Assembly (NCBI GenBank): GCA_964414105.1
Contig: CAYPVF010000001.1
Coordinates: 1 to 43,377 of the forward strand
Direction of reading: 5' to 3'
Source: an uncultured Eubacteriales bacterium
GTDB lineage: Bacteria; Bacillota; Sulfobacillia; Fermentithermobacillales; Fermentithermobacillaceae
DNA length: 43,377 nucleotides
Below the pieces are notes generated by a model. It worked only from the letters and a program-made list of their open reading frames with translations, was not told the DNA's origin and searched no databases. Positions within the stretch are counted from its first letter, which is position 1; every line of letters begins with the position of its first letter. Shown piece by piece: positions 9,037 through 19,437 of the stretch. The position numbers and the translations under genes are program-made.

Positions 9037-10836
9037 GTGCAAGAACGTTTGACACGATCACAGGTTCCCGTGGACAGAACTTGGAATTTGGATCATATTT
9101 TCGCCGATGAAACGCAGTGGGAAGAAGAACTGGCCGCAATCCCCGGGGATTTGGAGTCGGTTACCAAGTACAAAGGAAAGCTCGGTCAAGGCGCTAAACT
9201 ATTCCTGGAATGCCTTGTGGCGGCTGAAGCCATACAGACAAGGTTTCACAGGGTTATGTCTTATGTTTCCATGAAGCTTTCTACCGACGGTACCGATCCC
9301 AAAAACCAAGCAAATGTAGGCCGCGCCGGTTCGCTGGGGGCGGCTATGGGTGCAGAGCTCTCTTTTATAAACTCGGAAGCCTTGGCTCTTCCCCAAGGAA
9401 CCTTAGAACGTTATCTTTTGGATGAACCGGGCTTGAAATCCTTCGGGCGGACAGTAGAAGCTTTGATTAGGAATAAACCATACCAGCTCAGCCCCGAAAC
9501 GGAAAAGGTTTTGGCATCTTTTAGGGAAGTTCTAGCCGCGCCTTCCATGATTTACGGGCGCTCAAGAACTTCAGATTTGAAATTTGATCCTATAGAAGAT
9601 AGTGAAGGTAACACCTTGCCCATGTCTTTCCCTTTATACGAAGACTCGTATGAGCGTTCGGGCGATACCGTGCTGCGCCGAAACGCTTTTCGTTCGTTTA
9701 CCAAAGGGTTAGGAGCGTACCAGAACACTTACGGCGCAACCTGGGGCACCGACGTTAAACGCCAAGTAATCGAGGCGAAACTGAGGGGGTTCCCCTCAGC
9801 GACGCACATGATCCTGCATAACCAAGAAGTGCCTTTGGAAGTGTACAACAACGTACACGATGTTATTTTGAAAGAACTGGCGCCCCACATGCGCAAATAT
9901 GCTCAGCTTCGGAAAAGGGTATTGGGTTTGGATAAGCTTTTATACTGCGACATCGAGGCGCCCCTTGACCCGGATTATGGACCCAAAACTACCTTTGAAG
10001 AAGGCGCCAAGATAATCTTGGAAGGAATCTCAGTCTTAGGCCCTGAATACACCGAGTTTATAGACGAGGGGCTCAAGAATCGGTGGATAGACTTGGCCGA
10101 AAACATAGGAAAAGACAGCGGTGCTTTCTGTAACCCTGTTCCGGGAGTGCATCCCTACGTGTTTTGCACTTGGGCAGACACCATGAGAAGTGTCCTGCTT
10201 CTAAGCCACGAGCTGGGGCACGCGGGGCACGGTGTTTTGTCTCAGCGTTATCAGCGCCCTTCAAACGCGCTGTCGGGGGCTTTCTTTGTAGAGGCGCCTT
10301 CAACCATTAATGAGCTTCTGGTCGGTAACAATATTTTGTCGAAAACCACAGACCAACGAATGCGCCGATGGATAATCATGCAGTTTTTGACCACATATCA
10401 CCATAACTTTGTGCGGCACTTGATAGAGGGCGAGCTGCAGCGGCGAACGTGGGCCATGGCAGAGGCCGGGCAGCCTATTACCGCTTCTGTGCTGAACAAA
10501 GTGCAGGGCGAAATCTTGGAGGAGTTCTGGGGCGGGGAAGTAGAGATAGACGAAGGAGCCAGGCTCACTTGGATGCGCCAGCAGCACTACTACATGGGGC
10601 TTTACTCCTATTCGTATTCGGCGGGACTTACCGTGGGAACCGCGGTTGCCAAAGCCATATTGGAACAAGGCACTCCGGCCGTAAAACGCTGGATTGAGGT
10701 TCTAAAAGCGGGTTCTACCAAGCCGCCTTTGGAGTTGGCTAAGATGGCGGGAGTCGATATGTATACGCCTGACGCGCTTCATCAGGCCGTATCGTATGTG
10801 GGAGAACTTGTGGACGAAGTGGTCCGGAGCTTCTAG
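9037..10836 (+). CDS. pepF: Oligoendopeptidase F (M3B family)
   Basis: 599 aa. HELGHAGH zinc motif and typical PepF length. GTG start 8 nt after AGGAGG (9023-9028). Confidence 0.9.
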   Translation: MQERLTRSQVPVDRTWNLDHIFADETQWEEELAAIPGDLESVTKYKGKLGQGAKLFLECLVAAEAIQTRFHRVMSYVSMKLSTDGTDPKNQANVGRAGSLGAAMGAELSFINSEALALPQGTLERYLLDEPGLKSFGRTVEALIRNKPYQLSPETEKVLASFREVLAAPSMIYGRSRTSDLKFDPIEDSEGNTLPMSFPLYEDSYERSGDTVLRRNAFRSFTKGLGAYQNTYGATWGTDVKRQVIEAKLRGFPSATHMILHNQEVPLEVYNNVHDVILKELAPHMRKYAQLRKRVLGLDKLLYCDIEAPLDPDYGPKTTFEEGAKIILEGISVLGPEYTEFIDEGLKNRWIDLAENIGKDSGAFCNPVPGVHPYVFCTWADTMRSVLLLSHELGHAGHGVLSQRYQRPSNALSGAFFVEAPSTINELLVGNNILSKTTDQRMRRWIIMQFLTTYHHNFVRHLIEGELQRRTWAMAEAGQPITASVLNKVQGEILEEFWGGEVEIDEGARLTWMRQQHYYMGLYSYSYSAGLTVGTAVAKAILEQGTPAVKRWIEVLKAGSTKPPLELAKMAGVDMYTPDALHQAVSYVGELVDEVVRSF

Positions 10837-10853
10837 GGAAAAGTAGCGAGAAG

Positions 10854-10912
10854 ACAACCCCTGCCCCGGAACGCTCAAATAAGGGCGTCTCGGGCCAGGG
10901 GTTTGTGCTATG
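10854..10912 (+). terminator. Possible terminator after pepF (long imperfect hairpin)
   Basis: acaacccctgcccc (10854-10867) pairs with gggccaggggtttgt (10892-10906) with two bulges. A T-rich gtgctatgtgtt follows. Confidence 0.35.
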
Positions 10913-11088
10913 TGTTGGCAGTATTTCATATCTTGCGCGGACTTCATTCCACAATGCCTTCCCGGGCAATGTGGATATAAACATGAAGATCATCGAAGGA
11001 ATTCAAACCTACTGCCAAGAAGTTGTAAATCGCCTAGCTTCTAACATATCAATTCGTTTAATACGCGATCTTTTTTGGGGGGTCCGCC

Positions 11089-12756
11089 GTGGTCAATACA
11101 ACAAGCGTGTTGCTAAATGCAAAAATTTATCCTGGGGGTGGTGCGGCCGATTGTGAGGCACTGTTTATAGAGGGCCAGCATGTTCGCGCTTTGGGCACAA
11201 ACGCAAAAATCACAGCTATGTCTCGGCCTGATACAATTTTTATCGATTTGGGCGGACGTAGGGTTATCCCGGGTTTCGTGGATTCCCATAACCATGTCCT
11301 GTCGGGAGCAACTATCCTTTCGGGGGTGAACTGCTTCGGCATGACAAGCATTGATGAATTGAAGGAAGCGGTCTCCAAAAAGGCAGCGCAAGTAGGGCCC
11401 GGGCAATGGATCGTAGGTGCGGGTTGGATCGAAAGCCAATTCCAGGAGGGACGCATGCCCGTAAAGCAAGATCTTGACGAGGCAGCGCCAAAAAATCCTG
11501 TCATGTTGAGCAGACTGTTTGCTTCGGTGTGTGTCAATTCAATGGCGCTGAAACTAGCAGGAATAGGAAAAGGGTTTGTACCCCCGCAAGGCAGAGTTGA
11601 TTTTGACCAGTATGGCGAACCAACGGGCATATTGCGGGAGGGCGCTCAGGGGCTAGTTCGAAGGCTCGCTCAAAAGGAAGAGTCACAATATGACACCGAA
11701 AGTATGCTCAAACTTGCCATGATCGAGTATTTGAAATACGGCATAACCTCGGTATTGGATCCGGGCGTGAATTTTGAACTGATGCACGCCTACAGCTGCC
11801 TTTGGGCGAAAAAAGAGTTGCCTTTGCGGGTTACGGCGATGCCCGCTTGGCACGGTATATCTGTTATCTCCGGGGATTACGCTGTTTTGCCTGCAGTGGA
11901 GGCGGGGCTACAGCCGGGCTTGGGCGACCAAATGTTTCGTGTTGGAAACCTGAAAATGGCTATTGACGGTGGCCTGGGCAGCAAAACCGCAATGATGCAC
12001 CAACCGTTCAAAGATTTCACAAGGTCCACAGTCCCGGCAAGGCTTGACCTGAACAAGCTGGGAAACTACATACAGGAAGCTAACGATGCCGGGTGGGGGA
12101 TAGGTATTCACTGTTGCGGCGATCTTGCCCAAGACTTGGCGGTATCCCACTTAGTAGACGCTTGCGCAAAAAAGGCGCCCCTGCCGCACCAACGTCACAA
12201 CATAATCCATGGCTATTTTCCTACAGAGTACGCGCTTCGGGCTATGGCAGAAAACGACATTGCAGTGTCTGTTCAGCCCGATTTCATATACGTTGAAGGC
12301 GATATCTACCCGTCTGTCATAGAGGGCCACAAACTGCACGGTTTTAAACCCCTCCGTACTTATCTTCGCAGGGGTATCAAAGTGGCCATCAATTCTGACG
12401 TTTCATCCGGTCCTTATGATCCATTCGTAGGGCTATACGGCGCCTGTGCCAGAAAAACCGTTAAAGGCCTTTATTTTGGAATAGAAGAGGCACTTACAGT
12501 ACGCGAAGCCGTCGACTTGTATTGCCGTGGCGGCGCATATCTTGCGTATAGGGATGATGAGTGCGGTGTTTTGGAAACCGGCAAGTTGGCTGATTTGACG
12601 GTGTTGGACAGGGATATTTTGGATAGTCCCCCGGAAGAGCTCTTGAAATGCAAGGTGGATGCCACTTATTTGGGCGGTCAAATGGTGTATGTGCGGGATG
12701 GGGCGGCGCCACAAGTCGGCGGCCGTCCGGCTCCATATACCGGAGAAAACGGGTAA
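11089..12756 (+). CDS. Amidohydrolase-3 / YtcJ-like metal-dependent hydrolase
   Basis: 555 aa. PGFVDSHNHV (HxH metal motif), a late HGY block and NSDVSSGP. GTG start 6 nt after GGGGGG. Confidence 0.8.
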   Translation: MVNTTSVLLNAKIYPGGGAADCEALFIEGQHVRALGTNAKITAMSRPDTIFIDLGGRRVIPGFVDSHNHVLSGATILSGVNCFGMTSIDELKEAVSKKAAQVGPGQWIVGAGWIESQFQEGRMPVKQDLDEAAPKNPVMLSRLFASVCVNSMALKLAGIGKGFVPPQGRVDFDQYGEPTGILREGAQGLVRRLAQKEESQYDTESMLKLAMIEYLKYGITSVLDPGVNFELMHAYSCLWAKKELPLRVTAMPAWHGISVISGDYAVLPAVEAGLQPGLGDQMFRVGNLKMAIDGGLGSKTAMMHQPFKDFTRSTVPARLDLNKLGNYIQEANDAGWGIGIHCCGDLAQDLAVSHLVDACAKKAPLPHQRHNIIHGYFPTEYALRAMAENDIAVSVQPDFIYVEGDIYPSVIEGHKLHGFKPLRTYLRRGIKVAINSDVSSGPYDPFVGLYGACARKTVKGLYFGIEEALTVREAVDLYCRGGAYLAYRDDECGVLETGKLADLTVLDRDILDSPPEELLKCKVDATYLGGQMVYVRDGAAPQVGGRPAPYTGENG

Positions 12757-12988
12757 GTCCAAAAGCATGGATTGAGATTATTTGGGGCGTAATTTGCAGG
12801 CAGGCAGGATTTGTGATCTTGAGGCAGAATACATTGGTTCAACAGCACTAACGTGATTCGCAAAAGTCATATGTTCTGTTTTTCAATGCCGAAGCCGGGG
12901 GGTGGGGATAAGAGGCATCTCGTATAAAGTTGTTTTAGGCAGATGTCGTCTTTGTTTGGCTTTCAAGAAGAGAAAAGGAGGAACCATT

Positions 12989-14929
12989 GTGAGAAGGTTT
13001 AGGAAGGCGTTTGCGATTCTTCTTCCCTTGCTTTTGGTGGCCGGCATAGTGTCGGGCTGTACGCCCAAAACGCCGCCGCCAGGGCCTGATACGGGGGAGA
13101 AAACCGGCGAAATAACCGATTATATTACTTGGCAAGCCGTAGCCTCAGAGATGGAGACATTTACTTTCCAGTACACTCAAAACGCGAAAGAGATTGACGT
13201 TTTGAGCAACTGTTTTGACGGGCTTACCAGTAACGACGAATATGGCAGCCTCATTCCGGGCATAGCCAAGGACTGGAACACCCCGGATGGCGGGAAGACC
13301 TGGGTCTTCAACCTCCGTGAAGGTGTCGCGTGGGTTGATTATAACGGCGAAAAAGTAGGAGACGTTGTCGCCGAAGACTTCCTGTGGGGTTTGGAATGGG
13401 TCCTGAACTACGCTAAGAATGACGCCAATAACACTTCCATGCCGAAACAGCTGCTTAAGGGCGCGGAAGAATACTATGAGTACACCAAAGAGTTGGGCGA
13501 CGAGGCAAAAGACCTGGATCTCACCGTGTTCAAAGAAATGGTTGGAGCCGATGCACCCGATGACCATACAGTCACTTTCGAGTGTCTTGACGCGTTCCCC
13601 TATTTCCAGACTGTAACCGTTTATAACTGTTTATCTCCTATATCCGGCGAGCTTTTGGCCGAATTGGGTGTAGATGGCTATAGAGGCGTGACTAACGAGA
13701 CGCTTTGGTATAATGGCCCATACACCATTACCACCTATGTGCAGGGGAACGAAAAAGTGTTGACCAAGAACCCCCTGTATTGGGATACATCAGTCAAACT
13801 TTTCAACAGCGTAACCATCAAAATGGTTGAGTCGTCCGACAAAGCTTTCCAAATGTTCCAAGCCGGAGAGATACACAGCATAGTGCCCACCGAGTCTAAC
13901 ATTCAGACCATTCACCGCGATGAAGACCACCAGTTCCACAACAATCTCGTTGAAGCTCGCCCGACCAAGTATTCCTATCAGGTGCATATGCAATTTGATA
14001 AGAAACACAAAGACGGCAGCCCGGATGAGAACTGGAACAAGGCAATCGCCAACGAGGCTTTCCGCCTCACCTTGTACTATGGAATTGACTGTACAGACTA
14101 TTTGGCCAGGGTAAACGCGATTACACCCTTGAAGTGCACCAACCTTACTTATACTGCCGCTAACCTTGTGACTACTTCAGATGGTAGGGACTATACCGAC
14201 CTTGTTATGGACCGGTTGGGTATGCGTCCAAGCCTCGAAAAGTATGTAAGGTATGATGAGGAAAAGGCAGCGGGACTCAAAGAACAGGCTATGGAAGAGC
14301 TCGCCGCGAAGGGCGTAACTTTCCCAGTAGAGCTCGATTACTACATCGCCGCAGACAACCAGACGTCTTTGGATTCGGCCAAAGTTTTGAGAGACGTTAT
14401 TACCCAATGCCTTGGTGAGGATTACATCAAGTTCAATATCAAGACATATATTTCCTCATTGGCGCAGGAAGTGCGCGATCCCCAATTGTGGTCTTTGCTT
14501 ATAAGCGGCTGGGGCGCTGACTTTGGTGACCCCGTCAACTTCTTAGGCCAGGATATCGTGGACGACGATAACGCTTACTACACCATGTACTATTCCAAAG
14601 CTAACAACGTTACCGATCCCGACTGCAAGGCCACTTTCAAGGAGTTTACAAGACTTGTAAACGTGGCCAACGCTATAACAGACGATCAGGATCGTCGTTT
14701 TGAAGCATTTGCGGATGCCGAAGCTTACATGCTGGAGCACGGGCTTAGCATACCTATTTATTTGAACATTCCGTGGCAGCTTACGCGCGTAAACGACTAC
14801 AGCAAGATTTATTGCGCTTACGGAAACCAAAGCGCTAGGTACGTTAACTGGGAAACCAGCGAAGAGCTTTACACATACGAACAGTATGAGGAGTTTGCCG
14901 CCGCGTACGAGGCCGGCAAGACTAAGTAA
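12989..14929 (+). CDS. Peptide/nickel (family 5) ABC transporter substrate-binding lipoprotein
   Basis: I moved the start to GTG 12989, after AAAAGGAGG. The signal peptide VRRFRKAFAILLPLLLVAGIVSGC carries a lipobox Cys. The body resembles OppA/DppA-type SBPs. Confidence 0.85.
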   Translation: MRRFRKAFAILLPLLLVAGIVSGCTPKTPPPGPDTGEKTGEITDYITWQAVASEMETFTFQYTQNAKEIDVLSNCFDGLTSNDEYGSLIPGIAKDWNTPDGGKTWVFNLREGVAWVDYNGEKVGDVVAEDFLWGLEWVLNYAKNDANNTSMPKQLLKGAEEYYEYTKELGDEAKDLDLTVFKEMVGADAPDDHTVTFECLDAFPYFQTVTVYNCLSPISGELLAELGVDGYRGVTNETLWYNGPYTITTYVQGNEKVLTKNPLYWDTSVKLFNSVTIKMVESSDKAFQMFQAGEIHSIVPTESNIQTIHRDEDHQFHNNLVEARPTKYSYQVHMQFDKKHKDGSPDENWNKAIANEAFRLTLYYGIDCTDYLARVNAITPLKCTNLTYTAANLVTTSDGRDYTDLVMDRLGMRPSLEKYVRYDEEKAAGLKEQAMEELAAKGVTFPVELDYYIAADNQTSLDSAKVLRDVITQCLGEDYIKFNIKTYISSLAQEVRDPQLWSLLISGWGADFGDPVNFLGQDIVDDDNAYYTMYYSKANNVTDPDCKATFKEFTRLVNVANAITDDQDRRFEAFADAEAYMLEHGLSIPIYLNIPWQLTRVNDYSKIYCAYGNQSARYVNWETSEELYTYEQYEEFAAAYEAGKTK

Positions 14930-14970
14930 CGCGTAAGTCGTAGAAGCATTTTGCGGTAAATGGTAAATCT

Positions 14971-15000
14971 GGCACAGCCCGCTATTTTTTGGGCTGTGCC
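14971..15000 (+). other. Intercistronic stem-loop between the SBP gene and the permease genes
   Basis: Perfect 10-bp stem ggcacagccc / gggctgtgcc with a 10-nt loop. No T-run follows the stem, so it looks more like an mRNA-stabilising or attenuating hairpin than a full terminator. Confidence 0.5.
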
Positions 15001-15068
15001 AGGCTAAACCCACAACCTTGGCAGACGAAATATAAACATCCAGGAATCAAAAAAGGCGGGAATTCAAA

Positions 15069-16019
15069 ATGTTGCTATACACGATTAAAAGACTTATGCA
15101 GTCATGCATTACCGTTTTAATCGTGGTCACCATAGTGTTTCTTCTTTTGCGTATGTTGCCCACAGACTATTATTTTACCGAAGAGCAGCTTATGAAACTG
15201 AGCAAACAAGATTTGGATGACCAGCTTAGGGCAGCGGGGCTTTTGGATTCGCCTTTGACTCAACTGGGGCGCTTTTATAAGCAACTTGCCCGTTTCGATT
15301 TGGGCACATCCCGAAGAATACAAAACAGCGTGCCTGTGACGAAAGTAATTGGGGGCAAATTTGCCATATCCATGCGGCTGGGTTGGATTTCGCTGGCTAT
15401 TTCTATTGTAGTGGGGATGTCGTATGGGATCGTTCAAACAATGTCAAAAGATAAATTCTTTGAACACGTTGGCACCGCGTACACGGTTTTTGTAAGGGCG
15501 GTACCCGCGTTAGTGTCGTACTCCCTTATACTTGTTTTTGGCGCGCGTGTGCTTCATTACCCTTCCATGTATTCAACCCGGGATGTTGCGCGATCTAGCG
15601 TGTTGCCCATCGCTTGTTTGAGCTTGGGCAATATTGCCGGTTACATGATATGGACCAGGCGGTATATGGTGGACGAGTTGAACAAAGATTATATAAAACT
15701 GGCAAAGATTAAGGGTCTATCTACCAGACAAGTTATGTACAAGCACGTTTTCAAAAACGCCTTCGTACCCTTGGCACAGTACCTTCCCCAATCTATATTG
15801 TTGGTCACCGGCGGTTCTCTTTTGGCAGAGCGGTTTTTTTCTGTGCCCGGGCTTGGACCGCTTTTGACTGACGCTATACATAGGTACGATTTGAACGTGG
15901 TTCAGGTGCTGGTGATGATGTATGCGTCCATGGGCATCATAGGGTTATTTTTTGGCGACATATTCATGACTCTTTTGGACCCTCGAATTAGACTAACCGG
16001 CAAGGAGAGTACGCGATGA
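15069..16019 (+). CDS. ABC transporter permease, OppB/DppB-like
   Basis: 316 aa and multi-TM. EAA-loop region KLAKIKGLSTRQVMYKHVFKNA. Confidence 0.9.
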   Translation: MLLYTIKRLMQSCITVLIVVTIVFLLLRMLPTDYYFTEEQLMKLSKQDLDDQLRAAGLLDSPLTQLGRFYKQLARFDLGTSRRIQNSVPVTKVIGGKFAISMRLGWISLAISIVVGMSYGIVQTMSKDKFFEHVGTAYTVFVRAVPALVSYSLILVFGARVLHYPSMYSTRDVARSSVLPIACLSLGNIAGYMIWTRRYMVDELNKDYIKLAKIKGLSTRQVMYKHVFKNAFVPLAQYLPQSILLVTGGSLLAERFFSVPGLGPLLTDAIHRYDLNVVQVLVMMYASMGIIGLFFGDIFMTLLDPRIRLTGKESTR

Positions 16020-16984
16020 CCAGTGGGAGCTTGCCAGACGCTGTTTCCAAGGCACCAGGAGCAGGTAGTGATGAAGAAAAACAATTGTTTTCGTTTGTCG
16101 AATACAAGCCGGAAATTGCCGAAGAAGTCGCTTATTCCGAGTACTCTTATTGGCGGTCTGTGTGGCAGAATTTCTTAAAGAAGAAAACCACTGTTGTTAT
16201 GAGCTGCATATTCATTACATTATTTCTATTCACATTCATTGCCGGGCCCATTGGTCATTATGATTATGCTCAGATACGGCCTGACAAAGAAAAAATTTTC
16301 ACAAAACCTAATTCCGAATATTGGTTTGGTACGGACAACCTTGGCAGTGATTACTGGTGCCAAGTGTGGTACGCAACTCAAACTTCTATCAAATTATCTA
16401 TTCTGGTAGCCACAGGTGAAATAGTTCTCGGCGTGACCATTGGGTTGGTTTGGGGTTACGTCCGTAAACTGGATCGTTTCTTCACCGAGTTTTACAGCGT
16501 CCTGGTAAATGTCCCAACCATCGTTTACATGACGTTGGTCGCGCTGATGATAGGTCAAAGCTTCGTTATCCTTACGACCACCCTGATATTGTTCGGATGG
16601 ATGGGGGTGGCACGGCATATGCGCAACCTGGTGTTCATCTACAGGGATAGGGAATATAATCTGGCTTCCAGATGTTTGGGCACACCCATGAAAAGAATTC
16701 TATTTCGAAACATTTTACCCTACCTTACCAGCGTAATCATTCTGAACCTTGCCTTGAGCATCCCCAACGCAATCGGGCTAGAGACAACCCTTTCATATTT
16801 GGGGTTAGGCCTGGGAGTTGACACGCCTTCTTTGGGGATTTTGCTGCGGAACGCCCGTACTTATTTCTTGGACTTTCCTTATTTGCTGTTTTTCCCGGCG
16901 GCAATTGTGTCGCTAATCACAGTAACCTTTTACTTGGTAGGCAATACCTTTGCGGATGCCTGTGACCCAAGAAACCACGTTTAG
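16016..16984 (+). CDS. ABC transporter permease, OppC/DppC-like
   Basis: 322 aa. The start overlaps the upstream stop (ATGA). [25 protein letters not shown]-loop. Confidence 0.9.
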   Translation: MTSGSLPDAVSKAPGAGSDEEKQLFSFVEYKPEIAEEVAYSEYSYWRSVWQNFLKKKTTVVMSCIFITLFLFTFIAGPIGHYDYAQIRPDKEKIFTKPNSEYWFGTDNLGSDYWCQVWYATQTSIKLSILVATGEIVLGVTIGLVWGYVRKLDRFFTEFYSVLVNVPTIVYMTLVALMIGQSFVILTTTLILFGWMGVARHMRNLVFIYRDREYNLASRCLGTPMKRILFRNILPYLTSVIILNLALSIPNAIGLETTLSYLGLGLGVDTPSLGILLRNARTYFLDFPYLLFFPAAIVSLITVTFYLVGNTFADACDPRNHV

Positions 16985-16997
16985 GAGGCGGGGAGCG

Positions 16998-18995
16998 GTG
17001 GAAAACAAAGAACCCATTCTTTCCGCCAGGGATGTAGAAGTTCAATTCACCTTGCGGGGGCAGAAACTGACGGCTATTCGGAAAGCATCGTTGGATGTTT
17101 ATCCTCAGGAGACCTTGGCTATTGTGGGTGAATCCGGCTGCGGTAAATCGGTTTTCACCAAATGTTTTGTGGGCATGCTGGACAACAACGGAAGCATTAC
17201 CAACGGTTCCATAATGTTTGAGGGCAAAGATCTTACCAAGTTTTCCACTGAAAAGCAGTGGCTCACCATAAGAGGCAAAAAAATCGCCATGGTGATGCAA
17301 GATCCGTTGACGTCTTTGAACCCCTTAAAAAGTGTGGGGAGCCAGATTCGTGAGGCTATAGAGCTTCACCAAGGCTTGCGCGGTAACCAAGCCAGGGAGG
17401 AAGCCATGCGCATGCTGGAAACGGTGGGCATCCCGGACGCTCTAACAAGATATAGTCAGTATCCCCACGAATTTTCCGGAGGTATGCGCCAGCGCGTGGT
17501 TATAGCTATGGCAGTTGCCTGCAGGCCCAGGATTCTTATTTGCGACGAACCTACCACCGCTTTAGATGTGACAATCCAGGCTCAAATCCTGGATTTGATC
17601 AGAAGATTGCAAAGCGAGTTTAACATGACCATAATCTATATAACCCACGACTTGGGCGTAGTAGCTAACGTTGCGGATAGGGTTGCTGTTATGTACGCAG
17701 GCCAGATCATAGAAATTGGCACTGCCCAGGATGTGTTCTACGACGCATGGCACCCATATACCTGGGCGCTCTTGGGGGCCCTACCCCAGCTTGGGATAAA
17801 AGGGGAGAAGCTTCCCGCAATTGACGGCACTCCGCCGAACTTGTTCATGAAGATTTCGGGTGACGCGTTTGCGCCGAGAAACAAGAAAGCATTGGCCATT
17901 GATTTTGTTGAGGAACCGCCGTTTTTCCAGATTTCTAATACCCACAAAGCCAAGACTTGGTATCTCGACCCCAGGGCGCCCGAGATCCAAAAACCTGAAT
18001 CCGTAAGACGGTTGGTGCAGCGGGCGAGCGCGCAAAATGGTGTCGTGCCCGCGGAACCCAATAACAATGTCCGCCGCGAGGTTATTGTTGAAGCCAAGGA
18101 TCTCCAAGTAACTTTCGGACAGGGCCGAAAGGCCTTCGTGGCTGTCGATCGGGTTAACTTTGAGATATATAAGGGCGAGACTTTTGCTTTAGTAGGGGAG
18201 AGCGGTTCCGGCAAAACCACCATTGGCCGGGCACTTCTCCGTATAAACCCGGTGTCCTCGGGAGAGGTGCTTTTTAAGGGCAAAAGAATCGATGGCAAGA
18301 TTCCCAAAGAATTGGATCTCGAAGTTATACGTAACTGTCAGATGATATTCCAGGACCCCATGGATTCACTGAATGAACGCGCCAAAGTCGACTACATCGT
18401 GGGAGAAGGGCTTCTTAACCATAAGATGCACGCCGACGCAAAAGATAGGCAGAGAAAAGTGCAGCAAGCCCTCAGGGAAGTGGGTCTGCTTCCCGAATTT
18501 GCTTCACGTTTCCCCCACGAATTTTCTGGAGGGCAGAGGCAACGCATTGGTATTGCGAGGGCCCTTATAATGGAGCCTCAGTTTATAGTGGCCGATGAGC
18601 CTATTTCTGCCTTGGATGTGTCTATCCGGGCCCAAGTGCTGAATTTGCTCAACGAGCTCAAACAGAAACGCGGATTAACGTATATGTTCATTTCCCACGA
18701 TCTGTCTGTTGTTCGTTTTATTTCAGATCGCATCGCTGTGATTCACGCGGGGCATATCGTGGAACTCGCGGAAACCGAGGAGCTTTTCAGCAGGCCGATT
18801 CATCCGTATACGCAAGCGCTTTTATCGGCAGTTCCCTATCCTGACCCGGAATTGGAACGCGAAAAAACACTGGTTGTTTACGATCCTTCAAAGCACGAGC
18901 GCCCGGAAGAGGAGCATTTGTGGGAAGAAATATACCCGGGGCATTTCGTTCGAGGCACAAAAGACCAAATAGCGGGATATCAGGCCGGTTTTTAG
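16998..18995 (+). CDS. Fused double ATP-binding protein of the peptide ABC transporter (OppD/DppD-like plus OppF/DppF-like)
   Basis: Two complete cassettes. The first has GESGCGKS / FSGGMRQRV / [12 protein letters not shown] / [10 protein letters not shown]. The second has GESGSGKTT / [15 protein letters not shown] / [12 protein letters not shown] / [13 protein letters not shown] 16998 follows AGGAGG. Confidence 0.9.
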   Translation: MENKEPILSARDVEVQFTLRGQKLTAIRKASLDVYPQETLAIVGESGCGKSVFTKCFVGMLDNNGSITNGSIMFEGKDLTKFSTEKQWLTIRGKKIAMVMQDPLTSLNPLKSVGSQIREAIELHQGLRGNQAREEAMRMLETVGIPDALTRYSQYPHEFSGGMRQRVVIAMAVACRPRILICDEPTTALDVTIQAQILDLIRRLQSEFNMTIIYITHDLGVVANVADRVAVMYAGQIIEIGTAQDVFYDAWHPYTWALLGALPQLGIKGEKLPAIDGTPPNLFMKISGDAFAPRNKKALAIDFVEEPPFFQISNTHKAKTWYLDPRAPEIQKPESVRRLVQRASAQNGVVPAEPNNNVRREVIVEAKDLQVTFGQGRKAFVAVDRVNFEIYKGETFALVGESGSGKTTIGRALLRINPVSSGEVLFKGKRIDGKIPKELDLEVIRNCQMIFQDPMDSLNERAKVDYIVGEGLLNHKMHADAKDRQRKVQQALREVGLLPEFASRFPHEFSGGQRQRIGIARALIMEPQFIVADEPISALDVSIRAQVLNLLNELKQKRGLTYMFISHDLSVVRFISDRIAVIHAGHIVELAETEELFSRPIHPYTQALLSAVPYPDPELEREKTLVVYDPSKHERPEEEHLWEEIYPGHFVRGTKDQIAGYQAGF

Positions 18996-19002
18996 AATGT
19001 CG

Positions 19003-19422
19003 TCAAAAGAACATGATGAGAAGCAGGGTGCCGCCGCACACCACGTTGGCTACCAGGTTACATATGGTTTTATCTCGTTCTGTCAACTGTTCGTCGGCCA
19101 CGGTGTGGGGGCTATCAATGTGGTCTGACATGTCTCTAAAAGCGTTGGCGGCCTTTTTGTGCCTGCCTTGAGGTAATGTCGGCATTTTTGGTAACCGGAC
19201 CCCATCCAAACTCAAATAATTGAACCACGCAAATCCGAGAAATAGAAACCCCAGCGCGCAAAAAACGTGTCCCATGCCAATGGGAGTGGTTATGCTGTTG
19301 ACAACTACAAACCTGTTCCACAGCAAGGCTATGGCTGTAGCGGCAAGAAACCGCGTGAGAAGGCGATAGAAAGTGGGACGGAAAAGGCGGCGTTTGTTGT
19401 GTTCCTGTGGATTGTACCTCAC
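19003..19422 (-). CDS. Hypothetical small membrane protein (about 3 TM segments)
   Basis: 139-aa ORF with a GTG start 15 nt downstream of the DUF1538 stop. Hydrophobic stretches AATAIALLW, VFCALGFLFLGFAWF, VANVVCGGTLLLIMFF. No family recognised. Confidence 0.45.
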   Translation of the reverse strand: MRYNPQEHNKRRLFRPTFYRLLTRFLAATAIALLWNRFVVVNSITTPIGMGHVFCALGFLFLGFAWFNYLSLDGVRLPKMPTLPQGRHKKAANAFRDMSDHIDSPHTVADEQLTERDKTICNLVANVVCGGTLLLIMFF

Positions 19423-19437
19423 CCTCTTGAGCCCCCA

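Noticed and set aside
10905-11156. 83-aa plus-strand ORF overlapping the amidohydrolase start
   Set aside because: It has no SD before its ATG and no recognisable domain. It overlaps the better-supported GTG 11089 start by 68 nt.
12796-12808. (GCAG)3 microrepeat upstream of the ABC transporter
   Set aside because: It is a trivial short repeat with no associated structure or motif.
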